A stretch of DNA of 64,000 bases from an uncultured Candidatus Saccharibacteria bacterium. GTDB lineage: Bacteria; Patescibacteriota; Minisyncoccia; Phycocordibacterales; DATDWN01. The stretch is from assembly GCA_964426735.1 (NCBI GenBank), contig CAYRRP010000003.1, forward strand, positions 77,378 through 141,377, written 5' to 3'. Below are positions 36,248 to 44,201 of this stretch, piece after piece. Every line of letters starts with the position of its first letter. Positions within the stretch are counted from its first letter, which is position 1. Below the pieces are notes generated by a model. It searched no databases, was not told where the DNA came from, and worked only from the letters and a program-made list of their open reading frames with translations. A program made the translations under genes and the position numbers.

Positions 36248-36673
36248 CTAAAGTATTATATCTTCCAGCATCTTTACCCTACATACTCGTTTTTCTTGAT
36301 CCACATACACCGTAGCTACATCAAACTGCCACTCCGTATCATCTGAGACATTTTTATCAAGCAAATACGACTGTATAGTCCGAGCAAGCCTCTGGAGTTT
36401 CCATGGGTGCATATTATCCTCTGGCCGATACCTATTATTCGTTTCACGTGGCACATCTTCAAACTTTCTCGATACACTCTTCACCTCAACAAAGTGAATT
36501 TTTTTGTCCTTTATAGCTACCACATCCAATTCTCCCCACTTTTTTAAATAGTTACGATCAGTCACCTTAAAACCTTTTCTCTTAAGATACGTACACACCG
36601 CTTCTTCCCCAATTGCACCCAATATCTGTTTTTGGGTTTTAGTATGAACCTTCAATGCAGCTTTTTCTCTCAT
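36248..36673 (-). CDS. yraN: YraN-family (UPF0102) predicted endonuclease
   Basis: …ILGAIGEEAVCTYLKRKGFKV…GELDVVA…IHFVEVKS… The start is at the internal Met MREKAAL. Confidence 0.75.
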   Translation of the reverse strand: MREKAALKVHTKTQKQILGAIGEEAVCTYLKRKGFKVTDRNYLKKWGELDVVAIKDKKIHFVEVKSVSRKFEDVPRETNNRYRPEDNMHPWKLQRLARTIQSYLLDKNVSDDTEWQFDVATVYVDQEKRVCRVKMLEDIIL

Positions 36674-36718
36674 ACATATATAGTATACAAGCTTAATCCT
36701 TTCACGTGTAACTATATT

Positions 36719-36740
36719 ATATGTTACATATGTAACATAT
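36719..36740. promoter_or_regulatory. perfect 22-nt palindrome ATATGTTACAT|ATGTAACATAT upstream of yraN (candidate operator)
   Basis: Exact dyad symmetry 46-67 nt upstream of the yraN start. Confidence 0.5.
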
Positions 36741-37027
36741 AATATTTGAGTAGGTACAGGAGGATTCGTAGTATAAAGTACACAATTTCCTTTGTATAAA
36801 GCCATTTTTGGAGACTTTTGGACACAAAGTCTTATACTTTGAAGCCTGTCAAAGACTGTCTCTAATACACATGTCCACAGACTTATCCACAGTTTTCAAC
36901 ATATTTTGTGTAAAACTGACTTTAATTTAAAGACTTTGTCCCACAGAATAGGGGTTTAATGGAGACAGTCCGTGATCAAATAGACAAAACTTGGCAAAAG
37001 CTAGAAAAAAGGTATGATACATATATT

Positions 37028-37101
37028 GCACCCGTAGCTCAATTGGATAGAGTATTTGTCTTCGGAACAAAGGGTTGCAGGTTCGAGTCCTGCCGGGTGC
37101 A
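37028..37101 (+). tRNA. tRNA-Arg (anticodon TCG)
   Basis: GCACCCG/CGGGTGC acceptor, anticodon loop CTTCGGA, T-arm GCAGG-TTCGAGT-CCTGC. Confidence 0.9.
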
Positions 37102-37107
37102 CACGAC

Positions 37108-37136
37108 AAAAAATCCCAACTGCTTGGGATTTTTTG
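37108..37136 (+). terminator. intrinsic terminator ATCCCAA-ctgc-TTGGGAT-TTTTT
   Basis: Hairpin plus U-run immediately after tRNA-Arg. Confidence 0.7.
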
Positions 37137-37296
37137 CTACGTGTGCACAACGGAGACATGTTTTTTCAGCAGAAAAAAAGGTCGAGTTGTGGACCGAAGG
37201 AAATTTCAATTCGACGGAATTGAAATTATCCGAAGTGTACAAGACAAAACCCTATGTATTTGAATTTCTCCCCACTTTGTGTAAAATGAAGGGGAA

Positions 37297-37367
37297 GCGG
37301 CTATGGTTTAGTGGTAGAACACGTCCTTGCCAAGGATGAGATTCGGGTTCGATTCCCGGTAGCCGCA
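37297..37367 (+). tRNA. tRNA-Gly (anticodon GCC)
   Basis: GCGGCTA/TAGCCGC acceptor, anticodon loop TTGCCAA, T-arm CGGG-TTCGATT-CCCG. Confidence 0.9.
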
Positions 37368-37371
37368 CAGA

Positions 37372-37496
37372 AAAATCGGAGATTTTTATCCGGGAATCGA
37401 AAGCCGGAGCGAGGGTTCCCGTCAGCAGACGGGACCGCGAGGCCGGGTCGGGAAATTTTACGAGTGGCGACGAGTAAAATATTCCTGACCGATTCC
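37372..37496 (+). ncRNA. GC-rich structured element (copy 2 of the tRNA-Gly-associated RNA motif) in the cca leader
   Basis: Small hairpin AAAATC-gga-GATTTT, then CCGGGAATCGAAAGCCGGAGCG…TCCCGTC-agca-GACGGGA…CGCGAG…GGGTCG…variable hairpin…TGACCGATTCC. It aligns with 33157..33301 (-) and shows compensatory stem changes. Confidence 0.55.
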
Positions 37497-37545
37497 AGTG
37501 CCCATACTCATAAATAAGGCCTCCAAAAGCCTTAAAATCACTCAT

Positions 37546-39018
37546 ATGAATACAAACTTCACTATCCCTGTCGAAGTGTCACGTGTAACACAAACCCTCG
37601 AAAATGCCGGTTTTGAGGCTTTTTTGGTTGGTGGATGTGTACGAGATCTTATCCTCAACAAAAAACCAAAAGATTGGGATGTTACTACCAACGCAACACC
37701 TGAGCAAATCATTGCTTTGTTTCCACATACCTTTTACGAAAACAACTTTGGAACAGTTGGTGTTGTTTCAGATGAAACAGAAGATGACACTCTTAAAACT
37801 ATTGAAGTTACGCCATACCGTCTTGAATCAGAGTATTCTGACAATCGACGCCCAGACGCTGTTACTTTTTCACAAAATCTCACAGATGACTTAAGGCGAC
37901 GCGACTTCACCATTAACGCCCTTGCATACTCAGTATCTAAAGGACAACTCACTGATGTCTTTAATGGACAAGCTGATATTTCTGCTCAAACTATACAAAC
38001 AGTAGGGAATGCGGTCGAAAGACTCACTGAAGATGCCCTTCGTATCATGCGAGCAGTGCGGTTTCATGTGGAACTTGGCTTTATCCTTTCACGTGAAACG
38101 GAAAAAGCGGTACTTGAACACGGTCATTTACTACAAAACATCTCAAAGGAACGCATTCGTGACGAATTTACAAAGATTATTATGTCTCCGCAGCCAATGA
38201 ATGGCTTACTCATGCTGAAAAAGCTGAATTTACTTCAGTATATTGTACCAGAACTGGAAAAAACTATTGGGGTAGAGCAGAACCGGGCACATTCATACGA
38301 TGTATGGGAACATTTACTTCGAAGCCTCCAGACTGCAGCAGATAAGAACTGGCCTCTTGATATTAGACTTACCGCTTTATTTCACGATATTTCAAAACCT
38401 GAGACACGTCGATGGGGAAAAGAGCAGAATACGTGGACATTTTACGGTCATGAAGTAGTTGGTTCACGTGTAACACGGAAAATACTTACTGATTTGCGAT
38501 ATCCGAATAAACTAATTGATAAAGTGGTGACAATGGTGCGATGGCATATGTTTTTTTCTGACACAGAACAGATAAGCCTCTCTGCGGTCCGTAGAATGAT
38601 CGTAAATGTTGGACGAGAGAATATCTGGGATTTGATGAATGTACGCATCTGCGACCGTGTAGGAACTGGTAGACCCAAAGAAGATCCGTACCGCCTCCGC
38701 AAATACCATGCAATGATAGAGGAGGCTCTTCGTGACCCGATTACTGTAGGAATGTTGAAAATAGATGGTAAACGTTTAATCGATGTTACACAGGGAACAC
38801 CTGGTCCTAAAATAGGGTATACACTTCATGCATTACTCGAAGAGGTACTCGAAGATCCAACTAAAAACACTGTGGAATATTTAGAAAAACGCTCTGTTGA
38901 GCTCTATACTATGGATGAGATCGAATTAAAAAAGCTCGGTGAACAAGGTAAACAAACGAAAGAAGAAATAGATCAGCAGGAAATCTCAAAAATTCGTAAA
39001 GGACACAAAGTAAAGTAG
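37546..39018 (+). CDS. cca: CCA-adding tRNA nucleotidyltransferase (Pol-beta head plus HD domain)
   Basis: …GFEAFLVGGCVRDLIL…DWDV… head domain and an HD-domain C-terminus. The start is taken at MNTNFTIP, not the track start 37498. Confidence 0.85.
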   Translation: MNTNFTIPVEVSRVTQTLENAGFEAFLVGGCVRDLILNKKPKDWDVTTNATPEQIIALFPHTFYENNFGTVGVVSDETEDDTLKTIEVTPYRLESEYSDNRRPDAVTFSQNLTDDLRRRDFTINALAYSVSKGQLTDVFNGQADISAQTIQTVGNAVERLTEDALRIMRAVRFHVELGFILSRETEKAVLEHGHLLQNISKERIRDEFTKIIMSPQPMNGLLMLKKLNLLQYIVPELEKTIGVEQNRAHSYDVWEHLLRSLQTAADKNWPLDIRLTALFHDISKPETRRWGKEQNTWTFYGHEVVGSRVTRKILTDLRYPNKLIDKVVTMVRWHMFFSDTEQISLSAVRRMIVNVGRENIWDLMNVRICDRVGTGRPKEDPYRLRKYHAMIEEALRDPITVGMLKIDGKRLIDVTQGTPGPKIGYTLHALLEEVLEDPTKNTVEYLEKRSVELYTMDEIELKKLGEQGKQTKEEIDQQEISKIRKGHKVK

Positions 39019-39028
39019 TTCTGCAAAT

Positions 39029-39141
39029 AAGTTAAACTGCTTCAGATGCTAGGCGCGAGAGAATTTGTGAGTGAGTTGTACTTGTCGTACGGTGAGCGAA
39101 CAAATTTGAATCGCAACAACGCAGATGGAGTAATTTAACTT
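39029..39141. repeat. copy B of the conserved ~110-nt intergenic structured-element family
   Basis: Outer stem AAGTTAAA / TTTAACTT. Inner stem AATTTGT / ACAAATT. Central hairpin TTGTAC-ttgtc-GTACGG with G-U pairs. 3' consensus …GCAACAACGCAGATGGAGTAATTTA. Confidence 0.7.
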
Positions 39142-39497
39142 ATTTAACAACAAAAAACCGCCCAAGGTGGCGTCATTTGTCGCAAAGACGGCTCACGGGC
39201 GGCTAAAGAAGTATTTCCCAGCAAGAATAAGGATTTGATAAATATCTCAATCTTAAAATATATAGTAGATAGTGTAGATATGTATATCTCTTGTCCTATC
39301 GAACCAAGAAACCTTCATGGGGGAGAACCTGCAGATTCTCAAATGTACAAACGCACAACTTTATGTGTAAAGAACTTTAAACGACAGAATTGTTTGTTTC
39401 TTTTTTGATGAAACTCTCGATCCTGTTCTGGAGTAACTATATCAGACAGATAAAAGTCATGTAAAGGACTATGCTGTGGATAACTTTGTCTTATTAA

Positions 39498-40268
39498 TTA
39501 TATAGCAATGTCCAATTGAAGAGGACAGTGGTCTGACCCTAAAATATCATTGTGTATAGTCATATTTTTCACATTTGAAAGAAGTGATGTGTCAACAAAA
39601 AAATAATCGATTCTCCATCCAACATTTCTACTTCGTGCAAATGTTTTCATATCCCAGTATGTGTATATATCTTTTGCATCAGGATTTTTTTCTCTCCATA
39701 CATCAACAAAATTATTTTGCACCACTTCATCAATCCATGCTCGTTCGATAGGGAGGAAGCCTGTATTTTTCTCATTTTCTTTTGGTCGAGCAAGATCAAC
39801 AGCGGTATGTGCAGTATTTACATCTCCACAGAAAATCACCTTCATACCTTTTTTACGAAGCTTAAGAATAAACACAAGAAAGTGTTTATAAAACTCGAGT
39901 TTATATGCAAGACGCTCTGGACCACCTCCTCCGTTAGGGAAATAGCAGTTCAGTAACACAAATTCATCAAAATACGCAACGATGAGACGCCCTTCTTGAT
40001 CCATTTCGGGAATACCCATACCATACTCGACTTTATTTGGTTCAATCTTTGAGTAAATAGCGACACCGCTGTACCCCTTACGTGTTTTTGAGGAATTAAA
40101 ATATGAAAAATACCCTAAAGGAGAGCGTACTTCATCTGGAAGTTGATGTGATTCTGATTTAGTTTCCTGTATACAAAAAATATCCGGACTTTGGTCAATA
40201 AGCCACTGAAACGCACCTTTTTTAAAAGATGCCCGTGCACCATTTACATTCCATGAGATTATTTTCAT
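39498..40268 (-). CDS. exoA: exodeoxyribonuclease III (AP endonuclease)
   Basis: MKIISWNVNG…CIQETK… is the EEP-family ExoIII/Xth signature. Confidence 0.9.
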   Translation of the reverse strand: MKIISWNVNGARASFKKGAFQWLIDQSPDIFCIQETKSESHQLPDEVRSPLGYFSYFNSSKTRKGYSGVAIYSKIEPNKVEYGMGIPEMDQEGRLIVAYFDEFVLLNCYFPNGGGGPERLAYKLEFYKHFLVFILKLRKKGMKVIFCGDVNTAHTAVDLARPKENEKNTGFLPIERAWIDEVVQNNFVDVWREKNPDAKDIYTYWDMKTFARSRNVGWRIDYFFVDTSLLSNVKNMTIHNDILGSDHCPLQLDIAI

Positions 40269-40296
40269 TACTAAAAGATATTACCACACCTTGAAT

Positions 40297-40416
40297 GAAG
40301 AAGTTAAATTGCTCCAGATGCTAGGCGCGAGAAAATTTATGAGTGAACCGTACTTGTAGTACGGTGAATGAATAAATTTGAATCGTAACAACGCAGATGG
40401 AGTAATTTACTTCTTT
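40297..40416. repeat. copy C of the conserved ~110-nt intergenic structured-element family
   Basis: About 85% identical to copy B. Outer stem GAAGAAGTTAAATT / AATTTAcTTCTT. Inner stem AATTTAT / ATAAATT. Central hairpin CCGTAC-ttgta-GTACGG. Its 3' arm overlaps the xerC-like stop. Confidence 0.7.
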
Positions 40417-41393
40417 CCGTGAAATTTCTTGTGAATGTCACGCAGGTGCTTGTCGGTTACGTGTGTATAAATCTGGGTCGTAATAATGCTCGAATGACCC
40501 AACAAAGCCTGAACTGAGCGAATATCTGCTCCGTTTGAAAGTAAATCAGTCGCAAAGAGATGACGCATGGTGTGCGGTGTTACACGTTTTGAAATACCTG
40601 CTTTGATTGCATATTGTTTGATGATGCGCTCTATTGTCCGTTTGGTCAGGGGACTTGCTTCTTTACTAGTAATTTCTCGCCCTACCTGCACAAAAAGAGC
40701 ATCATTCATATCTTTACGGAGAGACAAGTACGCCTTGAGACAATTTTTTGCAGTATCTGAAAGAAATACTACTCGCACCTTTCCTCCTTTTCCTCGAATA
40801 GAAAGTTCATCGGAAGTCAGATCAATATCAGACGTGAGGGAACAGAGCTCAGAAACACGCAAACCTGTTGAAAATAATAATTCGAGAATTGCTTTGTCAC
40901 GAACTGTCTTCAAATCACTACCTTTAGGAGCATCGAGAAGGCGAGCGAGCTCATTTTCTGTAATAAGATCAAGAAGACGCTCTCCAGTTTTTGCAAGGTC
41001 GATACGCTCAGGCGCAAGAGAAGTGACACCTTCTCGAGCAAGAAACTTGAGAAACGCCCGGAGTGCAATCAGGTGATAGTTTTGAGTTTTTTTAGAAAGA
41101 GTATTTTTTTTGGCTTTATCAAGTCCTGAAAGTTGTCTGTTGAGCCACAAACGAAACTCTCGTACCACCATATCGGTGATATCTCCTGGTTTTGAAGCTT
41201 TTGTTTGCTCAAGAAAGCGTACAAGGTAATGTAAATAGTTTTGCCGAGTCTGGATAGATCGCCCTCTTTCTATTTCAAGATAGTTGAGAAAATCACGAAG
41301 AAAACGCCCTAAGGGGGTTTTCGGTATTCTTTCTTCTTCTGTCAAAGCAGGTTTGCGTTTAGACGTCTCTTTTTTAATCTTTTCCTCTGCCAT
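40407..41393 (-). CDS. tyrosine site-specific recombinase (XerC/XerD family)
   Basis: C-terminal catalytic motifs …HTMRHLFATDLL…LLGHSSIITTQIYTHV…. Confidence 0.85.
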   Translation of the reverse strand: MAEEKIKKETSKRKPALTEEERIPKTPLGRFLRDFLNYLEIERGRSIQTRQNYLHYLVRFLEQTKASKPGDITDMVVREFRLWLNRQLSGLDKAKKNTLSKKTQNYHLIALRAFLKFLAREGVTSLAPERIDLAKTGERLLDLITENELARLLDAPKGSDLKTVRDKAILELLFSTGLRVSELCSLTSDIDLTSDELSIRGKGGKVRVVFLSDTAKNCLKAYLSLRKDMNDALFVQVGREITSKEASPLTKRTIERIIKQYAIKAGISKRVTPHTMRHLFATDLLSNGADIRSVQALLGHSSIITTQIYTHVTDKHLRDIHKKFHGKK

Positions 41394-41492
41394 TTGTATA
41401 ATTCTAACATAGCTTCACGTCGCACAATAACAGAACAATCGCGCGCTAAAGCACTTGCATTATGGTTTTATTTGTGATATCTTATAAAAACA

Positions 41493-41759
41493 ATGTTAAC
41501 CAAGACAAAAAAGGCAAAAGTTATCGATACCGTGAAAATTCACGATACAGACACTGGATCTCCAGAGGTTCAGATTTCTATACTCTCAAAACGAATCGAC
41601 GAGCTTGCTTCACACCTCAAGAAAAACAATAAAGATAACCACTCACGACGTGGACTTCTCCAGATGGTGGCTGACCGAAAAGCTCACATGAAATACCTCG
41701 AGAAGAAATCTCCAAAACGATACGCTTCACTCATCAAAAAACTCGGTTTGAAAAAATAG
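41493..41759 (+). CDS. rpsO: 30S ribosomal protein S15
   Basis: 88 aa, …TGSPEVQISIL…HLKKN.KD.HSRRGLL.MV..R… is the S15 signature. Confidence 0.9.
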   Translation: MLTKTKKAKVIDTVKIHDTDTGSPEVQISILSKRIDELASHLKKNNKDNHSRRGLLQMVADRKAHMKYLEKKSPKRYASLIKKLGLKK

Positions 41760-41858
41760 CAAACAGAAAAACTACCCGAAAGGGTATTTTTCTTATGCTA
41801 TACTTAGTATGTTCCATTTTTTCATAAAGCATTGCAATTAATTTTTTAATACAAAAAC

Positions 41859-42455
41859 ATGTCAGTCATTAAACATAAAAATCAACGAGTCGGTATCTTC
41901 ATCGACACCCAAAATCTTTATCACACCGCTAAAAACCTCTATGGTTGCAAAGTAAATTTTGACCAAGTGGTCAAAGACGGTCTTGCAGGACGTTCTCTTA
42001 TCCGTGCTGTGGCATATGTCATCACCACTGAAGCAGGAGATGAAAAGGGTTTTTTTGATGCGCTTGAAAAAGTAGGTATCGAAACAAAAACAAAAAATCT
42101 CCAAATTTTCTCTGGCGGAGCAAAGAAAGGGGACTGGGATGTAGGGATGGCGGTAGATGCTATCAAGCTTGCACCAAAGCTTGATGCGGTAATCCTTGTT
42201 ACCGGAGACGGGGATTTTGTACCACTTGCAGAGTATCTCCGTACAAACCAAGGTTGTCAGGTAGAAGCAATCTCTTTTGGAAAATCTTCATCTTCAAAAC
42301 TTATTGAAGCTGTGGATGACTTTATCGATCTCGACACAAACCCAGCAAAATACCTGATCGGATATCGATCGAGACGACCTCATGCTCGAAATTTTCGTAA
42401 ACAATCCAGAGTAGACCAGGCGCCAGATCAATCAGTTGACAATCAGACTGAATAA
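41859..42455 (+). CDS. NYN-domain (LabA-like) protein
   Basis: …VGIFIDTQNLYH…AVILVTGDGDFVPL… is the PIN-like NYN signature. Confidence 0.75.
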   Translation: MSVIKHKNQRVGIFIDTQNLYHTAKNLYGCKVNFDQVVKDGLAGRSLIRAVAYVITTEAGDEKGFFDALEKVGIETKTKNLQIFSGGAKKGDWDVGMAVDAIKLAPKLDAVILVTGDGDFVPLAEYLRTNQGCQVEAISFGKSSSSKLIEAVDDFIDLDTNPAKYLIGYRSRRPHARNFRKQSRVDQAPDQSVDNQTE

Positions 42456-42698
42456 TTCTATTCTAAGAACAGAGTCTTGTGTGTACTTCCGCATCCCCCC
42501 GACACATAAGAACACCTCATGAGGGGCCATAGGGCGGAGCCCCTCCTGCACTTATTCATATATTGTTTTTTAGACTGTCTCTATCTTCTCCAGTGGTGGA
42601 AATGTATCGAGATAGTCCTTATGAGGATCCATGCTCTGCACAGCATTGTATTGATCCTCTTTTTTTATATACAGAAATACTGATATACTTATATACAA

Positions 42699-43649
42699 AT
42701 GCCCCCTCTCCCTGACAACAAAAAAAATAGTTTGCAGTCTGTGGTTGACACGATTCAATCACAAATAAGCTCTTCTTCTAAAAACCAGCCGACACCGGGA
42801 TACATTCCAAACCCTCAATTAAAATCACTGCGAACATTTCAAGGTGATGTGCAGGAACATATCGAAACAAAAAAAGAAACAATAGCCACCATCGCACTAG
42901 CTGAACAGAAGAAGAAAATTGAACATAATGAACCTACATACACCGAACGCCCAACGCATTCTTTTACTGCAGGTATTTTGGTTACCATTAGTATTATTTT
43001 TCTTGCAGTAGGCGGAATGATTATAGGGGGAATATATTTTTTTAAAACCACCGCCGAACCCACCTCTTCTCTTACTACTGAACAAACAATAATCACATAC
43101 ACTGATAAAAAAGATGTTGTTCTTCCTGGAATAACACATGAATATTTGGCAGCAGCACTACGGAATGAAAAAACATCATTTACTACAGAAGTAGATCGTA
43201 TTCTCCATACAACTTTTTCATATGGAACAAGCAGTCTCACCACAACTGAGCTGATACCTCTTATCGCACCAAACGCGGGAGATGCATTGCAAAGAAATAT
43301 CACTTCTGTGATGGTTGGTGTCTACTCATATGACACTCATGAGGTATTTTTCTTATTACGTCCCGATGATTTTGGTATTGTATATTCTGGAATGTTGAAT
43401 TGGGAAAGTGCACTTGGAAATGATATGGCTGATTTTTTCCCAGCACTACAAAACCATCTCATCACAAACCCTTCAATCTTTACTGACGAAACATATAAAA
43501 ACAAAGATGTACGTGTAATCAAAGATACAAATGGAAATGTTGTTCTTCTGTATGGATTTATTGATAAAAACACACTCGTGATCACTGCTAATGAGAAAAT
43601 ATTTGAAGCTATTTTGAATCGCTACCTACAAAGTAAACTCTCTCGCTAG
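42699..43649 (+). CDS. membrane-anchored hypothetical protein (316 aa)
   Basis: Single TM (ILVTISIIFLAVGGMIIGGIYFF) and no recognised domain. Confidence 0.45.
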   Translation: MPPLPDNKKNSLQSVVDTIQSQISSSSKNQPTPGYIPNPQLKSLRTFQGDVQEHIETKKETIATIALAEQKKKIEHNEPTYTERPTHSFTAGILVTISIIFLAVGGMIIGGIYFFKTTAEPTSSLTTEQTIITYTDKKDVVLPGITHEYLAAALRNEKTSFTTEVDRILHTTFSYGTSSLTTTELIPLIAPNAGDALQRNITSVMVGVYSYDTHEVFFLLRPDDFGIVYSGMLNWESALGNDMADFFPALQNHLITNPSIFTDETYKNKDVRVIKDTNGNVVLLYGFIDKNTLVITANEKIFEAILNRYLQSKLSR

Positions 43650-43695
43650 TAAAAATTTATCAAGTTCGCAATGTTGAATGTACATACTTGATATA

Positions 43696-43749
43696 TTTCT
43701 GACTTGATAGGCTTTTGACTTGATGGACTTGATGGACTATCATGTACAT
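43696..43749 (+). promoter_or_regulatory. promoter module 1 with GACTTGAT(A/G)G direct repeats (TTGACT-17-TATCAT); the ATG follows directly
   Basis: tttctGACTTGATAGgcttttGACTTGATGGACTTGATGGACTatcatgtacatATG. It is near-identical in layout to 44147..44201. Confidence 0.5.
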
Positions 43750-44109
43750 ATGATTAATACTGAATATTTTAAAGAAAAACTTGAGGCAGAATTAAAAACC
43801 GTCGAGGCTGAATTGCATACAGTGGGAAGAAAAAACCCATCAAACCCTTTGGATTGGGAAGCAAAAGAGGGTGAAATGAACACCGATACTGCAGAGGAAG
43901 CTGAAGTTGCAGAAGGTATTGAAGAGTATGAAAATAACTCAGCAATCTTGAAGCAACTAGAAATTCGATATAATGAAATAAAAGACGCTCTCGCAAAGAT
44001 AGATATGGGTACATATGGTATCTGTGAAGTTTCTGGCTTGCCGATTGAAGAAGATAGACTTGAAGCCAACCCCGCAGCACGCACCTGCAAAGCTCACATG
44101 AATTCATAA
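43750..44109 (+). CDS. DksA/TraR-family C4-type zinc-finger-like protein
   Basis: C-terminus …GICEVSGLPIEEDRLEANPAARTCKAH resembles the DksA/TraR zinc-finger region, preceded by a coiled coil. The start is assigned by alignment of the two promoter modules. Confidence 0.55.
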   Translation: MINTEYFKEKLEAELKTVEAELHTVGRKNPSNPLDWEAKEGEMNTDTAEEAEVAEGIEEYENNSAILKQLEIRYNEIKDALAKIDMGTYGICEVSGLPIEEDRLEANPAARTCKAHMNS

Positions 44110-44146
44110 CCACAAACCCATCAGAGCTACTGTAAATACGAAAAGC

Positions 44147-44201
44147 ATTTCTGACTTGATAGACTTTGGACTTTATAGACTTGATGGACTAAAATAGACA
44201 T
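44147..44201 (+). promoter_or_regulatory. promoter module 2 (duplicate of module 1) directly abutting the comM start codon
   Basis: tttctGACTTGATAGactttgGACTTTatagACTTGATGGACTaaaatagacatATG; -10 TAAAAT ends 9 nt before the ATG, so the mRNA would be near-leaderless. Confidence 0.5.

Noticed and set aside
36959-37545. ORFs 36959..37339 (+), 37039..37242 (-), 37075..37263 (+), 37252..37545 (-) and 37311..37517 (+)
   Set aside because: They overlap tRNA-Arg, tRNA-Gly and the GC-rich structured element. They are translations of RNA genes.
37498-37545. Upstream extension of cca to the ORF-track start at 37498
   Set aside because: It would read through the conserved structured RNA element. The internal Met (MNTNFTIP…) gives a standard CCA-enzyme N-terminus.
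43720-43749. ORF-track start of the dksA-like gene at 43720
   Set aside because: The first 30 nt are part of the duplicated non-coding promoter module. Alignment with the comM module puts the ATG at 43750 in both copies.
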